Shown piece after piece: positions 19,632 through 32,873 of a DNA stretch of 64,000 nucleotides; position 1 is the stretch's first letter, and each line of letters starts with the position of its first letter. This DNA comes from Schmidtea nova (lineage: Eukaryota). The notes under the pieces are model-generated. The model saw only the letters and a list, made by a program, of their open reading frames with translations. It did no database searches and was not told where the DNA came from. The position numbers were made by a program, and so were the translations under genes. The stretch lies in contig CM097882.1 of the NCBI GenBank assembly GCA_044892505.1, positions 377,456,001-377,520,000 on the forward strand, in the 5' to 3' direction.

Positions 19632-22173
19632 CCCATATTAACCTAGCGTTGCCATATGGCAACGCCGCGCAATAACTTTTTATTTGCAAGACTGTACTTG
19701 TTTGTGCAAGCGAATCGTGCCAGGAAGTGTTTGCGCATGTATATGAAACCTCAGTCGAGCCGACATAAGAAGTTTGCAAGGTTCTAATGCAATTCGGTGA
19801 GAAATTGTGGTTGGTTTATTTTAGTTATTTTTATTTTTGACGGCGATATGGATGATTACACGAGGTAAGTAACTATTTCTCATATTTAGCAATAATAATA
19901 ATGTTTGATTCTTACGTATTATATTCTATATAGTTCATACTATAAATAAATATTATTAGTTTGACTCTCTTCACATTACTTTCTTAGAAAATATGATGTA
20001 ATTCTTTGTGTTGCCAAATGGCAACGCTAAGCTATTCCCAATGCTATTTCTAGTAAAACGAATGAATAATATGACTTCGCGATTATTACAATATATTTAA
20101 AATCATTTTTATTTTAGAAGCATGGGCATTCGATTTGCGGATGGTTTTACTGTCCAAGAAGCATTAGACATGATACTAGAAGAGGAGGAAATAAATGAAT
20201 ACGTCGATAACCCAATAAGAGAAGTTTTTTTATCTCCACCCTAGGCAGCCGTTCTTACCGATGAAGATTCGGGGGATGAAGTTGAGTGTGGGGGTGATAA
20301 TTTGAATGGGAGGCAATTATTATCAGAAGCAGAAGTTGTAAGGACTCATCGAATGGAAGAAGAATTTGACTGGAAAGAAAATAAAGAAAGAACATGGATC
20401 AAAGGACAATTTCAAACTACAGTTGAAGATGATTTTCCAGTCCATGTTCATGATTTTACAAACAAATCTTCTTCGGATATTTTTGAATTATTTTTCAATG
20501 ATGAAATTATTAAATTTTTAACGAGTTCTTCAAACGAATACGCGCAATTTATCAATTGTGGAAATCCTGCAATAACTTCAGAAGAAATTAAAATTTTCGT
20601 GGCCATATTGATTCTCAGCGGGTATAATAAATTGCCAGGAAAGAGATTTTATTGGGATAAAAATAACGACATGGGCAATGAGCTAGTAATAAATAGTATG
20701 CGGAGAAATCTATTTGAACAAATTTTACGATTTTTTCATTGTTGCGATAACTCCAATCCAGATTTAGGCGACAAAATGTGGAAATTGCGACCTTTGGTGA
20801 ATATGATAAAAACAAATATTCACAAACACTATATTCCTGAAAAAGATTTGTCATTTGACGAATGCATGGTGAAGTATTTCGGTAAACACGGATGTAAACA
20901 ATACATTCATGGAAAACCGATTAGGTTTGGTTACAAAGTATGGTGTTTGAACACTGTAGATGGATATCTTGTGGATTTCGAAATTTATCAAGGAAAAAGC
21001 ATATCTTCGAACGAAGGATACGAAAAAAGTTTTGGGAAAGCTGCTACTCCTCTACTCAGGATGCTGGATTCTTTACCCCATGACAAACAGCTATTGCCCT
21101 ATCATTTATATTTTGATAATTTATTTACCAGTCTGAATTTATTACGTTATTTAAAAGAACGAGGATACCACGCAACGGGAACAATACGAGAGAATAGAAT
21201 TCCCAAAAATAATATTCTACCTTCAAATAAAGAATTGAAAAAAAATGATAGAGGAGTTTATCAGTCTGCAATTTGCAAAGAAGATGCTGTAGTTGTTGTG
21301 AAATGGGTAGATAATTCAATTGTCTCTATTGCTTCGAACTGCAATGGAGTTGAGCCACTTTCCACCGTCAAAAGATACTCTCGAACACAGAAAAAAACTG
21401 TCCAAGTTCCACGACCATATGTATTGGGGGAATATAATAAATACATGGGCGGAACCAATAGAATGGACGAAAATGTTGCCAAATATCGTATAAACATACG
21501 TAATAAAAAAATGGTATTGGCCCCTTTTGTCGTGGCTAATAGAAATCTGCATTCATAATGCATGGATACTGTAGAGGAAATTCGGAAGTTCTGAAATTTT
21601 ACAACTTCAATTTCGAAGAGAAATTGTACTAGCTTATCTTGGCCAATATGGAAAAGCTGCAAAAGGCGCAGGGAGATCTTCCTCCTCAAAAAGCTCCATT
21701 ACGACAAGGGTATCAGAAGAAGTAAGATCAGATGGGAGGGATCATTTGGTAGGAAAAATACCAGGTAACAAAAAATGGCGATGCGCTGGTAAAAACTGCA
21801 AATCCATAATGAGAACTATGTGTATAAAATGTAAAATTGGTATGTGTATTGATTGTTTTGTAGATTTTCATAAAGCGCAATAAAATGTATTTCTATAATA
21901 AATTGTTCTAAAGTAATTTTCTTTGTTTTTTTTATTTTTTTGCTTATATTATGAAATTATTGGAGAAGCTGCAATAGCTCTAACCATGATAAAAATTAAC
22001 ACCCTTATAGCAGTATGACTGCTTAGCGTTGCCATATGGCAACACGGATTTTCTCGTAACATAGATTAAATTTTGATATATAATATGGAAAATAATCTTA
22101 AATATTAATAAAATAATAGATTTATCCAAAAAAAATTTTAAAATTAAAAAAAATTAATTCAGGTCATTAAGAG
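19632..22173 (+). mobile_element. piggyBac DNA transposon, 2.54 kb, decayed
   Basis: TTAA at 19628-19631 and 22174-22177; imperfect 13-bp TIRs; three subterminal GTTGCCA(T/A)ATGGCAAC palindromes; transposase inside. Confidence 0.9.
19848..21883 (+). pseudogene. piggyBac transposase (PGBD2/3-like) with a short 5' exon; pseudogene
   Basis: Exon 19848-19864, intron 19865-20117, TAG at 20242-20244. SFDECM, YFDNLF, GGTNRMD (third catalytic D to N). Frameshift in the A-run near 21505, a further TAG, and a C-terminal Cys-rich domain ending at TAA 21881-21883. Confidence 0.93.
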
Positions 22174-22759
22174 TTAAATTGATTTAAAATAAAATGAAAA
22201 GTTATCACTAATGAATTTATGGGAGTAAATAAATTGAAAATTGAAAAATAAAAAATAAAATTCTAATTTAGGAGGACGTGATAACTTTGCGCTGTGTAAT
22301 GTTGATGTCGTGTAGGTATGCAAAAATATGTGATTGTTTGTAGAAGTTTTGTTGTCGAGTGTGTGTGTGCGGACCTGAGAAATTATTTTATCCAATGTTA
22401 ATGTCGCTTTTGAAGTGTTGGTGTAGCTTGCAATAATAAAGGATACCTTAAAACAATATCTTAAATCTAAAAAACGACAAAAATAAATATATAATAAGAC
22501 GAAATATGTCTCAAAAACTTAGTATTTTGAATTTGGAAAATTGAATGAAGTTTTGTTTTAGAAAACTATTAAAATTAAACGATAAAGAAAAATGATAAGT
22601 GAAAAATGTTTGAAATAAAACTCGATTCAACGTTTATTCTTTATTACAAGATTCTTTTTCAAATTTTGTTTCTCTCTGAAAATCACTCGATATAAACAAA
22701 TCTTTTTTCTTTTCTTAAATTGATTATCTAAAATAAATTAATTATCACATTCCCCAGTG

Positions 22760-25647
22760 ATCATTACGACGAATCCAACTCGTACTGATCAAGATAGGAA
22801 GTCTTCCTTCGGTTGCGAGTCAAGCGCGTGTCTTCCTCACTCTCTTCTGGACTTCTGATGTCAACCTGATTGTCTTCAAATTCGCATTCGACATTGCTAG
22901 ATTCAATAGGTTGATTTGGCAACACTCGAATGTCTGCAACATGACGCGGTACTCCGTCAATCTCTATGTTGGTAGGTGAATTAATGCCAGTGATGATTCC
23001 ACTGGGCCACTGATCCGTGCATTTGGTCGGAACTGGCTTTATAACAACATTCTGACCAATTTTAAATTTACTAGATACTACGCGCTCCTCCTCGACACCT
23101 CTGTGAAATTTTCATTAGTACCTAAATAGCCCCTCTGATGGAGCAGTACTCTGATTCTTCGCGTCTTTGGGTGCCATGTTATACCAATAAACAATGTCCC
23201 GTGGGTCTGAACGACTCCTGGCTGCATGGGATTTTATTGTCCGGTGGTTTCTCTCCACGTTCCCATTCCCAGATGGACGGTAGGCACATCTGTATGTCGG
23301 CTTTACATCCCATATACAACATAAATCTTGTAAAGATTTAGAATGAAAACTAGGCCCATTGTCCATGAGTAGCTCACGAGGCGGACCTCTCTCTCGAAAT
23401 ACTTCTTCGAGATTTTTCACAATATTTTGTGCATCTTCATATGGTATCCTTCTCCGAATGGTAAATCTGCTTGGCCCACAATCAACGATAGTCAAGAAAA
23501 TGGATCCCTCGTAATGCGTTACATCAACAGCTAGTCTTTCCCAATTTTTATCGACCCCTAATGATCCATTTTCCCACTTAATTAGCGACGGATCGATAGA
23601 TTTGCATTCAATACAATTTCTTACCACATTTTTTATGATGTCTCGTGGGGTGTCTGGGTTTTCTAACTGAATGAAATAAATAGATTTTTCCAGACCAAAA
23701 TGGTGTTTGTTGTGACGGTTCCTTACTTGTTCTGACGATAAGCCCGCGCAGCCAAAGGACGCTCTAGACTTCAACCACCTCTTTGGAACGCGTGTCAGTA
23801 TATCTACTCGGTTTTCCGCTGATTTCACCAATTGCGCCTGAATAATAATTCTGTCATTCTCAATAATCTCTTTTATTATTCCCAAGCGACGTCTAATCAG
23901 AGTCTCTGAAATTCCGTGGACACGAATCTTACATTCATTGTTAAGAACTGTTCTCAACCAGCCTACTACCGTCGCCGAATCCTTCATCAACTCGATTTTT
24001 TAACGCCCCATTTGATTGCTATGTTTACGCCTTTAAGAACTGCATCGAGCTCAGCGACGTTTATAAGTGAATGATCATCACTTTTTCTGAGCCAAGTTGC
24101 ATCCTTCACGACGTGGCCATTTATCACTAATACGACACCCAGCGCTAAACTGCTAGCATCACACCATAAAGTACAGTGATCCCTGGTGTTTACAGTCCAG
24201 CTTCTTTTGACTGAATCGTCCAGTTCAATGAGACTCATCACTTCAGTCAATCTCGATTCACACTCTGCTCCGACGAGATCATCCCAATTTTTACCATCCG
24301 CAATTCTCTTGATAAAACTACAAGCCACTCTGAGCCACCCCGCGAACGTATAATACCCAGTAAGCTTTCCACAAATAGAAAACAATTTACGCCGAGTAAC
24401 TTTACCTTCAATAGGGTCAACTATATTTCCTCTTGACCATAACAGGTTACCGTGACGATTGCGTTCAATTTTTAAACCGAGAACCTTTGTATCCACTAAC
24501 AGTTCCGCTGGCTTCGTTACTAATCCATATTGAGCCAAATGTTTCACAACTTCATCGATACTGACCAGGCTCGTGTTAACAGCTATGTCATTGGTGTAGT
24601 GATCTGTCGCATTCAGGATTCGCGAATCGAGACTCAGCACCTTTCTCAACACTAAGGAGATTATCTTTGGAGCACAACTAAGACCAAATCCTAGTCTTGT
24701 AAGATAATACGTCTTTTTTTGTAGCGAATCCTTTGGAATTCCCAAAGATCTTTGCTTACATGCAACTGCAGATAAGCATTTTTTAGATCAAGCATCGATA
24801 GCTGTTTTCCCATCTGTCTCCATCGTTTTAGGCTCTCACCACAAACATCACTATCGCCAGTGTGACTCTTCACAAATTCATTGAGTTCCTTAAAGTCAAG
24901 AACGGGTCGAACTTTTCCTTTGTTTTCTTGTACTGCAGCTAGAAGAGGAAGAATTTCGCAGCCGGTTTCTTCAGCGGGGGTTAGCTAGCCTTCCATTATC
25001 CATCGCTCTACTTCAGCTTCATATTCTTTTCGCACTTCAGGCTTAATTGCATATTCGGCAACGTTGTTCCGCAATATTGAAGGTTTGTCTTTCCATTTCC
25101 AAGATATTGTCCACTTGTCTCCGTCAAAACTTGCAGTGAAATCCTCATCGTCGATTTTCACTTGTTCTTGAACTAAAGCTGGCATGGATACTCGAGTGCA
25201 TTCACCAAACTGTACTCCATAATTGTCAATTGAGACTCCCCCAAGGCGTTCAATCGCATCGAGACCTAAAATAACATCCACTCCGGTTACAAGATTCGTC
25301 ATTATTAAGAAATTTAACAAAAAACTTGTTCCTCGAACAGATTAATGACACTGACTCTCTCCTTCATAGTGGACTCTTCTACCATCTACTGCAACAACAA
25401 CTCTGGCTTCACCACTTCCTTCTGCACAGATACGGGAAACAATGGTTTGCGAACATCCAAAATCGACTAGTCCAGTGCATGATTTTCCATTCACTCTGAG
25501 TCTGACAAGTACTCGCGCCATCCCTGACATCACTGAGAAACCACTGGCGCTCCAGTTTCTTTTCTGGTGTTTCCCTGTGCGTTTGAAGAGCATTGTCTCG
25601 ATGAATGCCCTTTGATTCCACATATCCAACACTCTTGAGAGGGGCAT
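22760..25647 (-). pseudogene. Gypsy pol (protease, RT, RNase H, integrase), fragmented
   Basis: LVDFGCS (DTG mutated), LDLKNAYLQ, HYTND (YxDD mutated), CDASS...AELDAV, HHFG...CIEC, AVDVT/MDNG/VERNHRT. Split over several ORFs by stops and frameshifts. Confidence 0.93.
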
Positions 25648-26222
25648 TTATTTTTGAAATGTCCGGATTTTCCACATCCGTAGCAAAGTTTGACTTCTTT
25701 AACCGGCGCAGAACCACTTCCTTTCACTGCAATTAGACCAGAGGAGCCATTTTGTTCTGATATTAGTGCTCGAGCTTGTTGAACAACTTCTGAGAAGTTC
25801 ATTTTAAAGATCATTGCTGAAGCTCTGAGTTTGTGGGAAACCATTGATGGAAGTCCGACTACAAACGCTCTCTTGACAAGCCCATCATCATTTATTCCAG
25901 CCAGCGTAGCTAATCGCTGCAGATCTGCAAGAAAAACATCAACTGGCTCACCATTCCATAGGCGATGGCGAAACGTGTCATATGCCTGGAATCCATCCAT
26001 CGAAAAGGCATCTGTTAGGGATTTTTCAATTGCGTCGATGTTTTCTTTGTCCTTCTCCGTCAGGGGATCATAAACAAGAAAAGATGGTCCATCAAGCAGT
26101 AATGGGAGAACGAAGGCCAAATCTTCGATTTTTTGATGCTTGGCCACTAACTTCAACTTATTAAGCCATGTTGAAAACTCACCTACTCCATCGTAGGGCT
26201 TGATAAATTTTTGCATCTCCAT
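25530..26222 (-). CDS. Gag with two CCHC zinc knuckles
   Basis: CYGCGKSGHFKNKC and CWICGIKGHSSRQC. Confidence 0.92.
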   Translation of the reverse strand: MEMQKFIKPYDGVGEFSTWLNKLKLVAKHQKIEDLAFVLPLLLDGPSFLVYDPLTEKDKENIDAIEKSLTDAFSMDGFQAYDTFRHRLWNGEPVDVFLADLQRLATLAGINDDGLVKRAFVVGLPSMVSHKLRASAMIFKMNFSEVVQQARALISEQNGSSGLIAVKGSGSAPVKEVKLCYGCGKSGHFKNKCPSQECWICGIKGHSSRQCSSNAQGNTRKETGAPVVSQ

Positions 26223-27387
26223 TATAGCTGCGATAGCTTGTGAAAAAATGTTTGAAATAAAACTCGATTCAAAGTTTATTCTTTATTACAAGATTCTTTT
26301 TCAAATTATGTTTCTCTCTGAAAATCACTCGATATAAACAAATCTTTTTTCTTTTCTTAAATTGATTATCTAAAATAAATTAATTATCACAGATAAAGAA
26401 GCAGTTCATTATGCCAGAGTTTCTTTGAGTAACTAGTCAACGGATAAATTTCTTTTGCTGTTCTACCCTTCGAGTTGTAGCAATCATCCAATTTTATATA
26501 TTTTGCATCAATTTATGGTGTTATTGAAATTGAATTTAATCAGATCTTGTAGATTGTGATAATAAACTAATATATTGTAAGGAGTTTTATTCGAATAGTT
26601 TGAATACGTGGAATTATAATCCCACTGGCTGAAATCCCAATATTTGTAGGGAGTATTTTTGAAAATTCCGAGTACAAATGTATAAAAATACATATTGGTA
26701 GATATTATAAAATAGATTTCAAATATAGATGTAACCTCTTACTCCTATAAATCCCAACAAAATAATAAATTGTATTGATATCGCACAACCTAGAATAAAG
26801 AATTGCAAATATTATAAGATAAATAACAAGCTACATTCTTGTGACAAAATTCTGATACAATTTTTGTTCATGCTTTTGCTATGTCAACAGTCATCTCTTT
26901 GGTTTCAAAGCATCGTTTTTTTGTAGTCCTAATTATTTTATTCTCTTCACTAATAGTAGGATGTGTCCCCATAATAAGGTTAACCCCAAGGAAAAAAAAT
27001 TTTCGCAATTAGGAATTTATCCGACCAATACAATTATATAAATTTTAATTTCTTACTATCATAATTTTTTAATAATTTAAGGAGCTGAGAGAATCCAATC
27101 TTTAGGAATTCCACAGTAACTATCATCAAAGTGTTTAAATGTTGAAATGAAGGGTTGTTGAAAAGACCGTAAAGCACTGTACATAATGATTAAATCTGTA
27201 TTCAATTAAATAATTGCATTCATATCAAAATATATTTCTATAGTTTTTCGGATAAAAGTAATAGTATGAGCATTAGGAAGTTCTAGTAAGATTTGTAAAC
27301 TAACATTAAAAATTTAAAGCATTACTGTGAAGGAAAACGACCGAACATTGAAATGAGCACTTATCTTCCTATCGATAGCTCTTGAAC

Positions 27388-28053
27388 CAGTAGAAATTAC
27401 TCGATATTTTGCGCCCGGGGACGAACTATAAAATTGGCGCCCCAGCCCCCTCCTCGTTTAATCACATTTTTCTATTACATTAAATAAGGAAAACAATTTA
27501 AATTTTAATAAAACATTGTATTTAAAGAAGCAAATTAATAGAAATTATAGTACATGACCCACTCAGTCACTGTTGTAGACTGGTTTACATAGTCTACAAA
27601 AGATTTATTTTTCTTGATTTCACTGTCGCAAACTGGTCAATCACGCAATCAAAATTTGTTTTTTCCAATGTTTCTCTTTCAACGCTAAGAAGAGTAAGAT
27701 CGCTGAGACGATCCTATCTCATTGACGCACGCAAATTCAACAAAATAAGTTTCAATTTGCTGAACGACCGCTCACAGCTTGCAATTGAAACTGCTATTGT
27801 TAATAAAATTTGCAGTGAAATTCGCAGATTCGGAAATATGTACGCAGAATCCGTATATCGGCTGGCTGCAGTGGTTGGCAGGCAGCATCATCACTGTGGA
27901 TGGCAGACGTATCAGGTGACACGTCTGCTGAGTCGCTGCAGCGATCTTGTGACCGATTTATTACCCTTGTTTACTTATTATAATGTAACGTTGTAAGCCT
28001 CATTTTGGCGCCGGGAAACATATGTACCCCCCACCACCCTAGCTACGCCTCTG
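27388..28053. mobile_element. Possible non-autonomous hAT (Tip100-like) element
   Basis: Right end CCCTAGCTACGCCTCTG and internal GGCGCC/GCGCCCGGGG motifs. Left end degenerate; no TSD found. Confidence 0.35.
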
Positions 28054-28491
28054 AACAGCGCTCACTTTTTTCGAGTATTTTCGACCAATAGTTACATTAC
28101 CAACGTTGCTTGCGACGGATAACTAATTTTTTAAAACAACAATTTTTTGGTTACCATAGAATTCGATCCTGATATGGTACCAAAGCTTTTCTTAGATGGG
28201 AATTTGTCTGTATAAATATATATTATTTCTTTAATTTCATTTTCGTATTATTATTTTACATTTTATCAATGTAGATGACAAAATAAACCGAAAGACTGTG
28301 CATAAAATTATTTAGTCAGTATCTTTTTTACAATTTTCAGTATACATGGTCAATATATTTAATAACTTTTGATTAGTTTTTTAATACTTTGATCAGTATT
28401 TATAACATTTTGGTCAGTTTTAAAGTTAAAAAGTATCAGTAAAAGTCAAATAAGTGGTCAATATTTATTTAAAATTTGACAGTATTTTTAA

Positions 28492-28706
28492 CCCTTTCCT
28501 ATCCTGTGTCTATAAAAATATGACAAAAAAAAATTAACCATTCTATCCTCTGTCTGTATTTGTTAGATTTCCATTTACAGTCCGGAATAAAGGGTCGCAA
28601 GTAACCAATGCACCGAAAAACTAAAAAAAAATTTTTTTGAACTTTTTGAAATTTTATTAGGATTGGAACGGGCTGGACACATAAAATAAAGAAGATAGGA
28701 AAGGGT
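28492..28706. mobile_element. piggyBac-type MITE (215 bp)
   Basis: TTAA-CCCTTTCCTATC...GATAGGAAAGGG-TTAA. Confidence 0.88.
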
Positions 28707-28801
28707 TAACAAATTAAGTATTTACTAATCAGTAAATTTATAAAAACATAAATAGATAAAAAATTAAAGTAAATTTGTATTTATTAGTTTACATTTTTAA
28801 T

Positions 28802-29370
28802 TCAACAAAGCTTTTGTTGCCTTTGATTTTCGACCTTTTTTAGTTTTTCTTCAATTGCAACTTTTTTGGCGATAGCATGAATATTTGAATACTTTTGTCG
28901 AATTACAGTGCCAATAATATGCTTACAGTAATATGTTTTGAAATAATCTCCACAAATACATGTACTCATTGTTTTCCATGATTCTTTGCTTGCTTCAATT
29001 GGCAATGTTGTAATGTTAACGCTAAAATTTCTATTTTTGAATTGTAAAAAAGTTTTCCAGCGCATTTCATTCACGGTCTTAATCGCTTCAATAGATAAGT
29101 TGTCCAGTGTTTCTTAGCTGTAGTAAGTGATAGTGCTGTTTACTTCATTGCCTACAATAAATTATCTTGATTTGCACCATTTGTAAGCTTTAGTCTAAGC
29201 AGTTTTTTCAGTTGAAGGATCATTTGCAAATACTTTATCTCTGTATTTTAATCGTTTGGACCAATTTTCACACATTTCTAGACGTAAAGCAAAGAATCTA
29301 TCTAATGCACCGTTAAATGACTCCTAGGTATTATTAGTTGATGGAAATTTAGGCGCTGCAACTTCATACT
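28802..29370 (-). pseudogene. MULE/Mutator transposase C-terminal remnant with a SWIM finger
   Basis: YEVAAPKFPSTNNT*ESFNG (TNNxxESFN motif) and CICGDYFKTYYCKHII; several stops. Confidence 0.75.
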
Positions 29371-31849
29371 GTTGAGGTTATTCATAATCGCACAAAATTA
29401 AAAAGAAAAGAAAAAGGTTCAAAATTAATTAAAATTTCAAAAATGGTATAAATCATTATTTTTCAATAGAAAAGCAACAATCGGTGGCAAATTTAAAATT
29501 AAAAAACGAATAAAATAATTTTAAATTAATTGGAAGACCCTGGAGGAGCTAGAGCAAAAATTAGTTAATAAATTAATGTGATTAATCATCAGGATAATAT
29601 CATCAATCATTGCAGAGAGAGGAAACTTGTCAGATTGGACAAGTCGGAAAATTACTTGTCAAAGTCAAAGAGGAAATCCCTAACAAATAAGGAATTAGTA
29701 TGATTGGTCGGGTTTCTTTCTTTTCCCACATTGATTGATGGGATTGAATATAGTATTTAAACTAATGTTGGGCCAGCCAAGTAAGGTTTACAACTGGAAA
29801 TAAATAAAATAATTAATTAATTAATTAATTAAACAATAGAAAATTACCCGAAATAACAGGAAAATCTAAAATAAAAACAGTAAAAACCCAAGAAATAATC
29901 GATAAAAGGAAAACACTCACCGGAGCAATAACAGAGGCAATCCATGCTTAGTCGACAGAACCTGAAACTGAAAAAGAAAGAAATCAATAGAATGTAATAA
30001 AAATACAACTACAATTTCCTGCAATCCTATGAATACATAAATTTTAAATTAAGGCGAATAATAAAATAAAATCCCAATTGAACCAACCTGTTACAAAGTA
30101 AGCACAATAAGTAAGTCTAAATGAAAATTTAAATAAATATTAAATCAATAAATTTACCTGAAGAACCCGAACCTGAAAATGGAAATAATTTTAATTCCAC
30201 AAGCTGGTAATAAAATAAATACCTGCCAATTATGGCAGCAGAAGGAGCATTCTGATTGGCTAGAACAGCCACAGAGAATACTATATATACTGGCACTGAA
30301 TCCAGTCAAAAAAAAACCTAACTGTTATACCTTTTGTGAGTTTTTGGAGATTGAAATCTTTGACATACCGTTTTTGTTAACGTTTGGATTGAAAATTTCT
30401 GTCGAAACCTTGTTGGAATCATTGTGAATTTGGAATCAAATAAAGGTATATCGTTGTTCTAGTTAATCATTGTTATTTCGGTCAAAGCCCATATGTTTCT
30501 TATGTTTTTGAGGGAAAATCGATAAAGGCACGTCCCGGCGGTTTCACAACCCGATGGGCGCTAAGTTTATATACCAACTCGATGCTCTCCGGAGTGTTAG
30601 GTGATGCGGCAGAACACGCGCAAAATATGGGTGGGAAGGATTGTCACATAGGACATCAGGAAATACCATGTTGAAAACGAAAACAATTAAGAGTATCCAC
30701 GTACAGAGTATGATTCACACAAACAGAGAGTTAAACATGAATAAAAGGCACTAGGTAAAGCACTCGATACAAAAGTAGAATTTCAGGGAACACAATCTAT
30801 TCACTGGTAGATGAGTACGACATGCAAAATTATCAAGCCGTGTTGGCGGACGATCATTATTGAGCACATATTGGTTGAACACATATATTTGGCCACAACA
30901 TTAATAAGTGTAGTCGCAAATGAACACAAAGCGGAGCGTTGATTGTACTTACCCCATTGATAAACCTCATAGCTTAGAAAAATGATAATACCAAAGAGAA
31001 TTTCTTTTATTGATTGAATATACGCAATTAGTTACTCGACATCACTATAGATTGTAGAGGACCTGGCACAGTTGGTAGAGATGAACGCGATAAAATGACG
31101 ATAAGAGAGGTTCAGGAACCCACAACTGATTTTGGGCGGAACCTCATAGCAAATCTGAGATTATTCAAGAGTAAAGAAAGCCGCACAAGGCGTGATGATT
31201 GAGGTATTATTGTTGAGTGCATGGTTGACTTGAGACTGGTAGATCCGTATCATGAGGCTTTTGATTGAAGGATGCATGAATAACGATTGCTGACCGGTTA
31301 GAAGCCGTTCGGAGGATGTTGCGAACCAGTAGTAACCACGCTTATTACCGTTTGAAATCATAGGATAACAGTATTGTTAAATAAATGAAATTGTTTAAGG
31401 AAAGGCGAAAACCATAGCAAATATTAAAATCCGAAGAAATCGTTCTAGTATTGCCCAAACAGCTGTGCACAATAGCCAGTTGACATTTTAGTTAATAAGC
31501 TCCCTGTGAAATATTGATTTGGAAAAACATTACTCCTATCATTCAATGCGACAAGAAAATCATTTACCTCGGCTCTTGCCAAATGAGTTGCCGTCGATCA
31601 TAACTCTAACTATCTTTTATATTACGCGCACCATTATCTGAAATTATTCATTCTTAAGGGAAGTGTAACAAGAATAATTAATTCCTATCTACCGATTGAA
31701 GGAACTCTAAATTGCTGACGTTCTCACTCTAAGTAGAACTTGATTTCGTTTTAATCATAAATTGAATAAACATCTCAGAAATGGCACCCGTTTCGGTAAT
31801 TTCTCAATTAGCCTCCAAATCCTTGCAGAAGCATCCTACTATCTACTTT

Positions 31850-32254
31850 AGGAACTGGAAGGTAAAACAATTTGGGACTTGGCAATTGAAACAGGGCCCT
31901 CAAGCCGTTTTGAATAATATGCACTAGCAAAACAGAAAATGGAGAAGCTTATTCAAAAACCGAGCCCCATTTAGCTTGTGAGATAAACCCACGGAAGAAC
32001 TCCGGTACGAAGGAGGTCCGTTATGGCCGTCTGAAAACCCAACTTCTAATAAATGGTTTGTTGTGCAGCGCGACACCGAACTAACCCCACGATGGGTAGT
32101 GGCCTTCACTCAAATCCCTACATGTGACCTGCACCGATTGGGCTACGTCTTGTTAGATCAGCCGAGACAGATGGATACTGGAGAGTACCGGGAGTTCTTC
32201 AATCTCCCATTCGAGTTTTGTGGGGAATGGCGAAATTACTCCAATTGGGCTTAG
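31850..32254 (+). pseudogene. Decayed unknown ORF, family X copy 1
   Basis: KWFVVQRDTELTPRWVVAFTQIPTCDLHRLGYVLLDQPR aligns without gaps (14/39 identical) to 44271-44390. Confidence 0.6.
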
Positions 32255-32873
32255 CGCATAGTGATCAAAGAGATATTTCTCTACAACTCGAGGCTATGCT
32301 GGACGCCAAACCCAGCCATCTTAGATCCAAGCGTAATCCTTAAAGAAGAAGCGAAAGAAGCACAAGATTAGTCATAACAAGATATTGAAGCCAGCTGAGT
32401 ATTGGAAGAAGTCGAGAGATCCCAGCATTTTATATGACAATATATGTTTAGATAGTAATGTGCAGCGATCAATAGAAATTAATTTAGTTAAGTTGTTTTT
32501 TTGTTTTTTTGTTTTTCGTTATTGTGATTGTCTGGTTTGCATGTGAAGAGCCGAGTGTGGTAAAATTTATGAATGGGGAGGCAAATCGGTATTAATATCA
32601 ACCCAGTTGATGTTCATTATTAAGAGATAATAATTGAACGGTTTTGATGAATTGAATATTTGTTTTATTGCCCCATATGCGTGAAAAGAATGTAGATTAA
32701 TGGTAATATAGTTAACCGGTGGCGACGAGTATATGGGAATGTATGTATAGCGGATGTCTGAACGGGCATAGGATCGTAAATTTTCGGAGGGTAATAGTTT
32801 AGAGGGAACATTTTAGCGCGATTTAAACAAATATATAAAGTTGCCTAGTATTAAGACTTCCTGTAATTTTCAG

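Larger units (their letters stand above)
22598..26391 (-). mobile_element. Ty3/Gypsy LTR retrotransposon, compact (3.8 kb), full-length but decayed
   Basis: LTRs 22598-22749 and 26239-26391 (~97% identical). TG...CA ends (3' LTR end mutated). GATA(A) TSD. PPT ACTGGGGAA. Gene order gag-PR-RT-RH-IN. Confidence 0.96.

Noticed and set aside
19648-19663. RFX X-box in the piggyBac palindromes
   Set aside because: The half-site spacer is 4 nt (canonical 0-3), and subterminal placement fits transposase sites better.
28094-28106. ACATTACCA as a tRNA 3' end / PBS
   Set aside because: Not adjacent to a consistent LTR end, and the putative pairing bases vary among copies while AACGT is constant.
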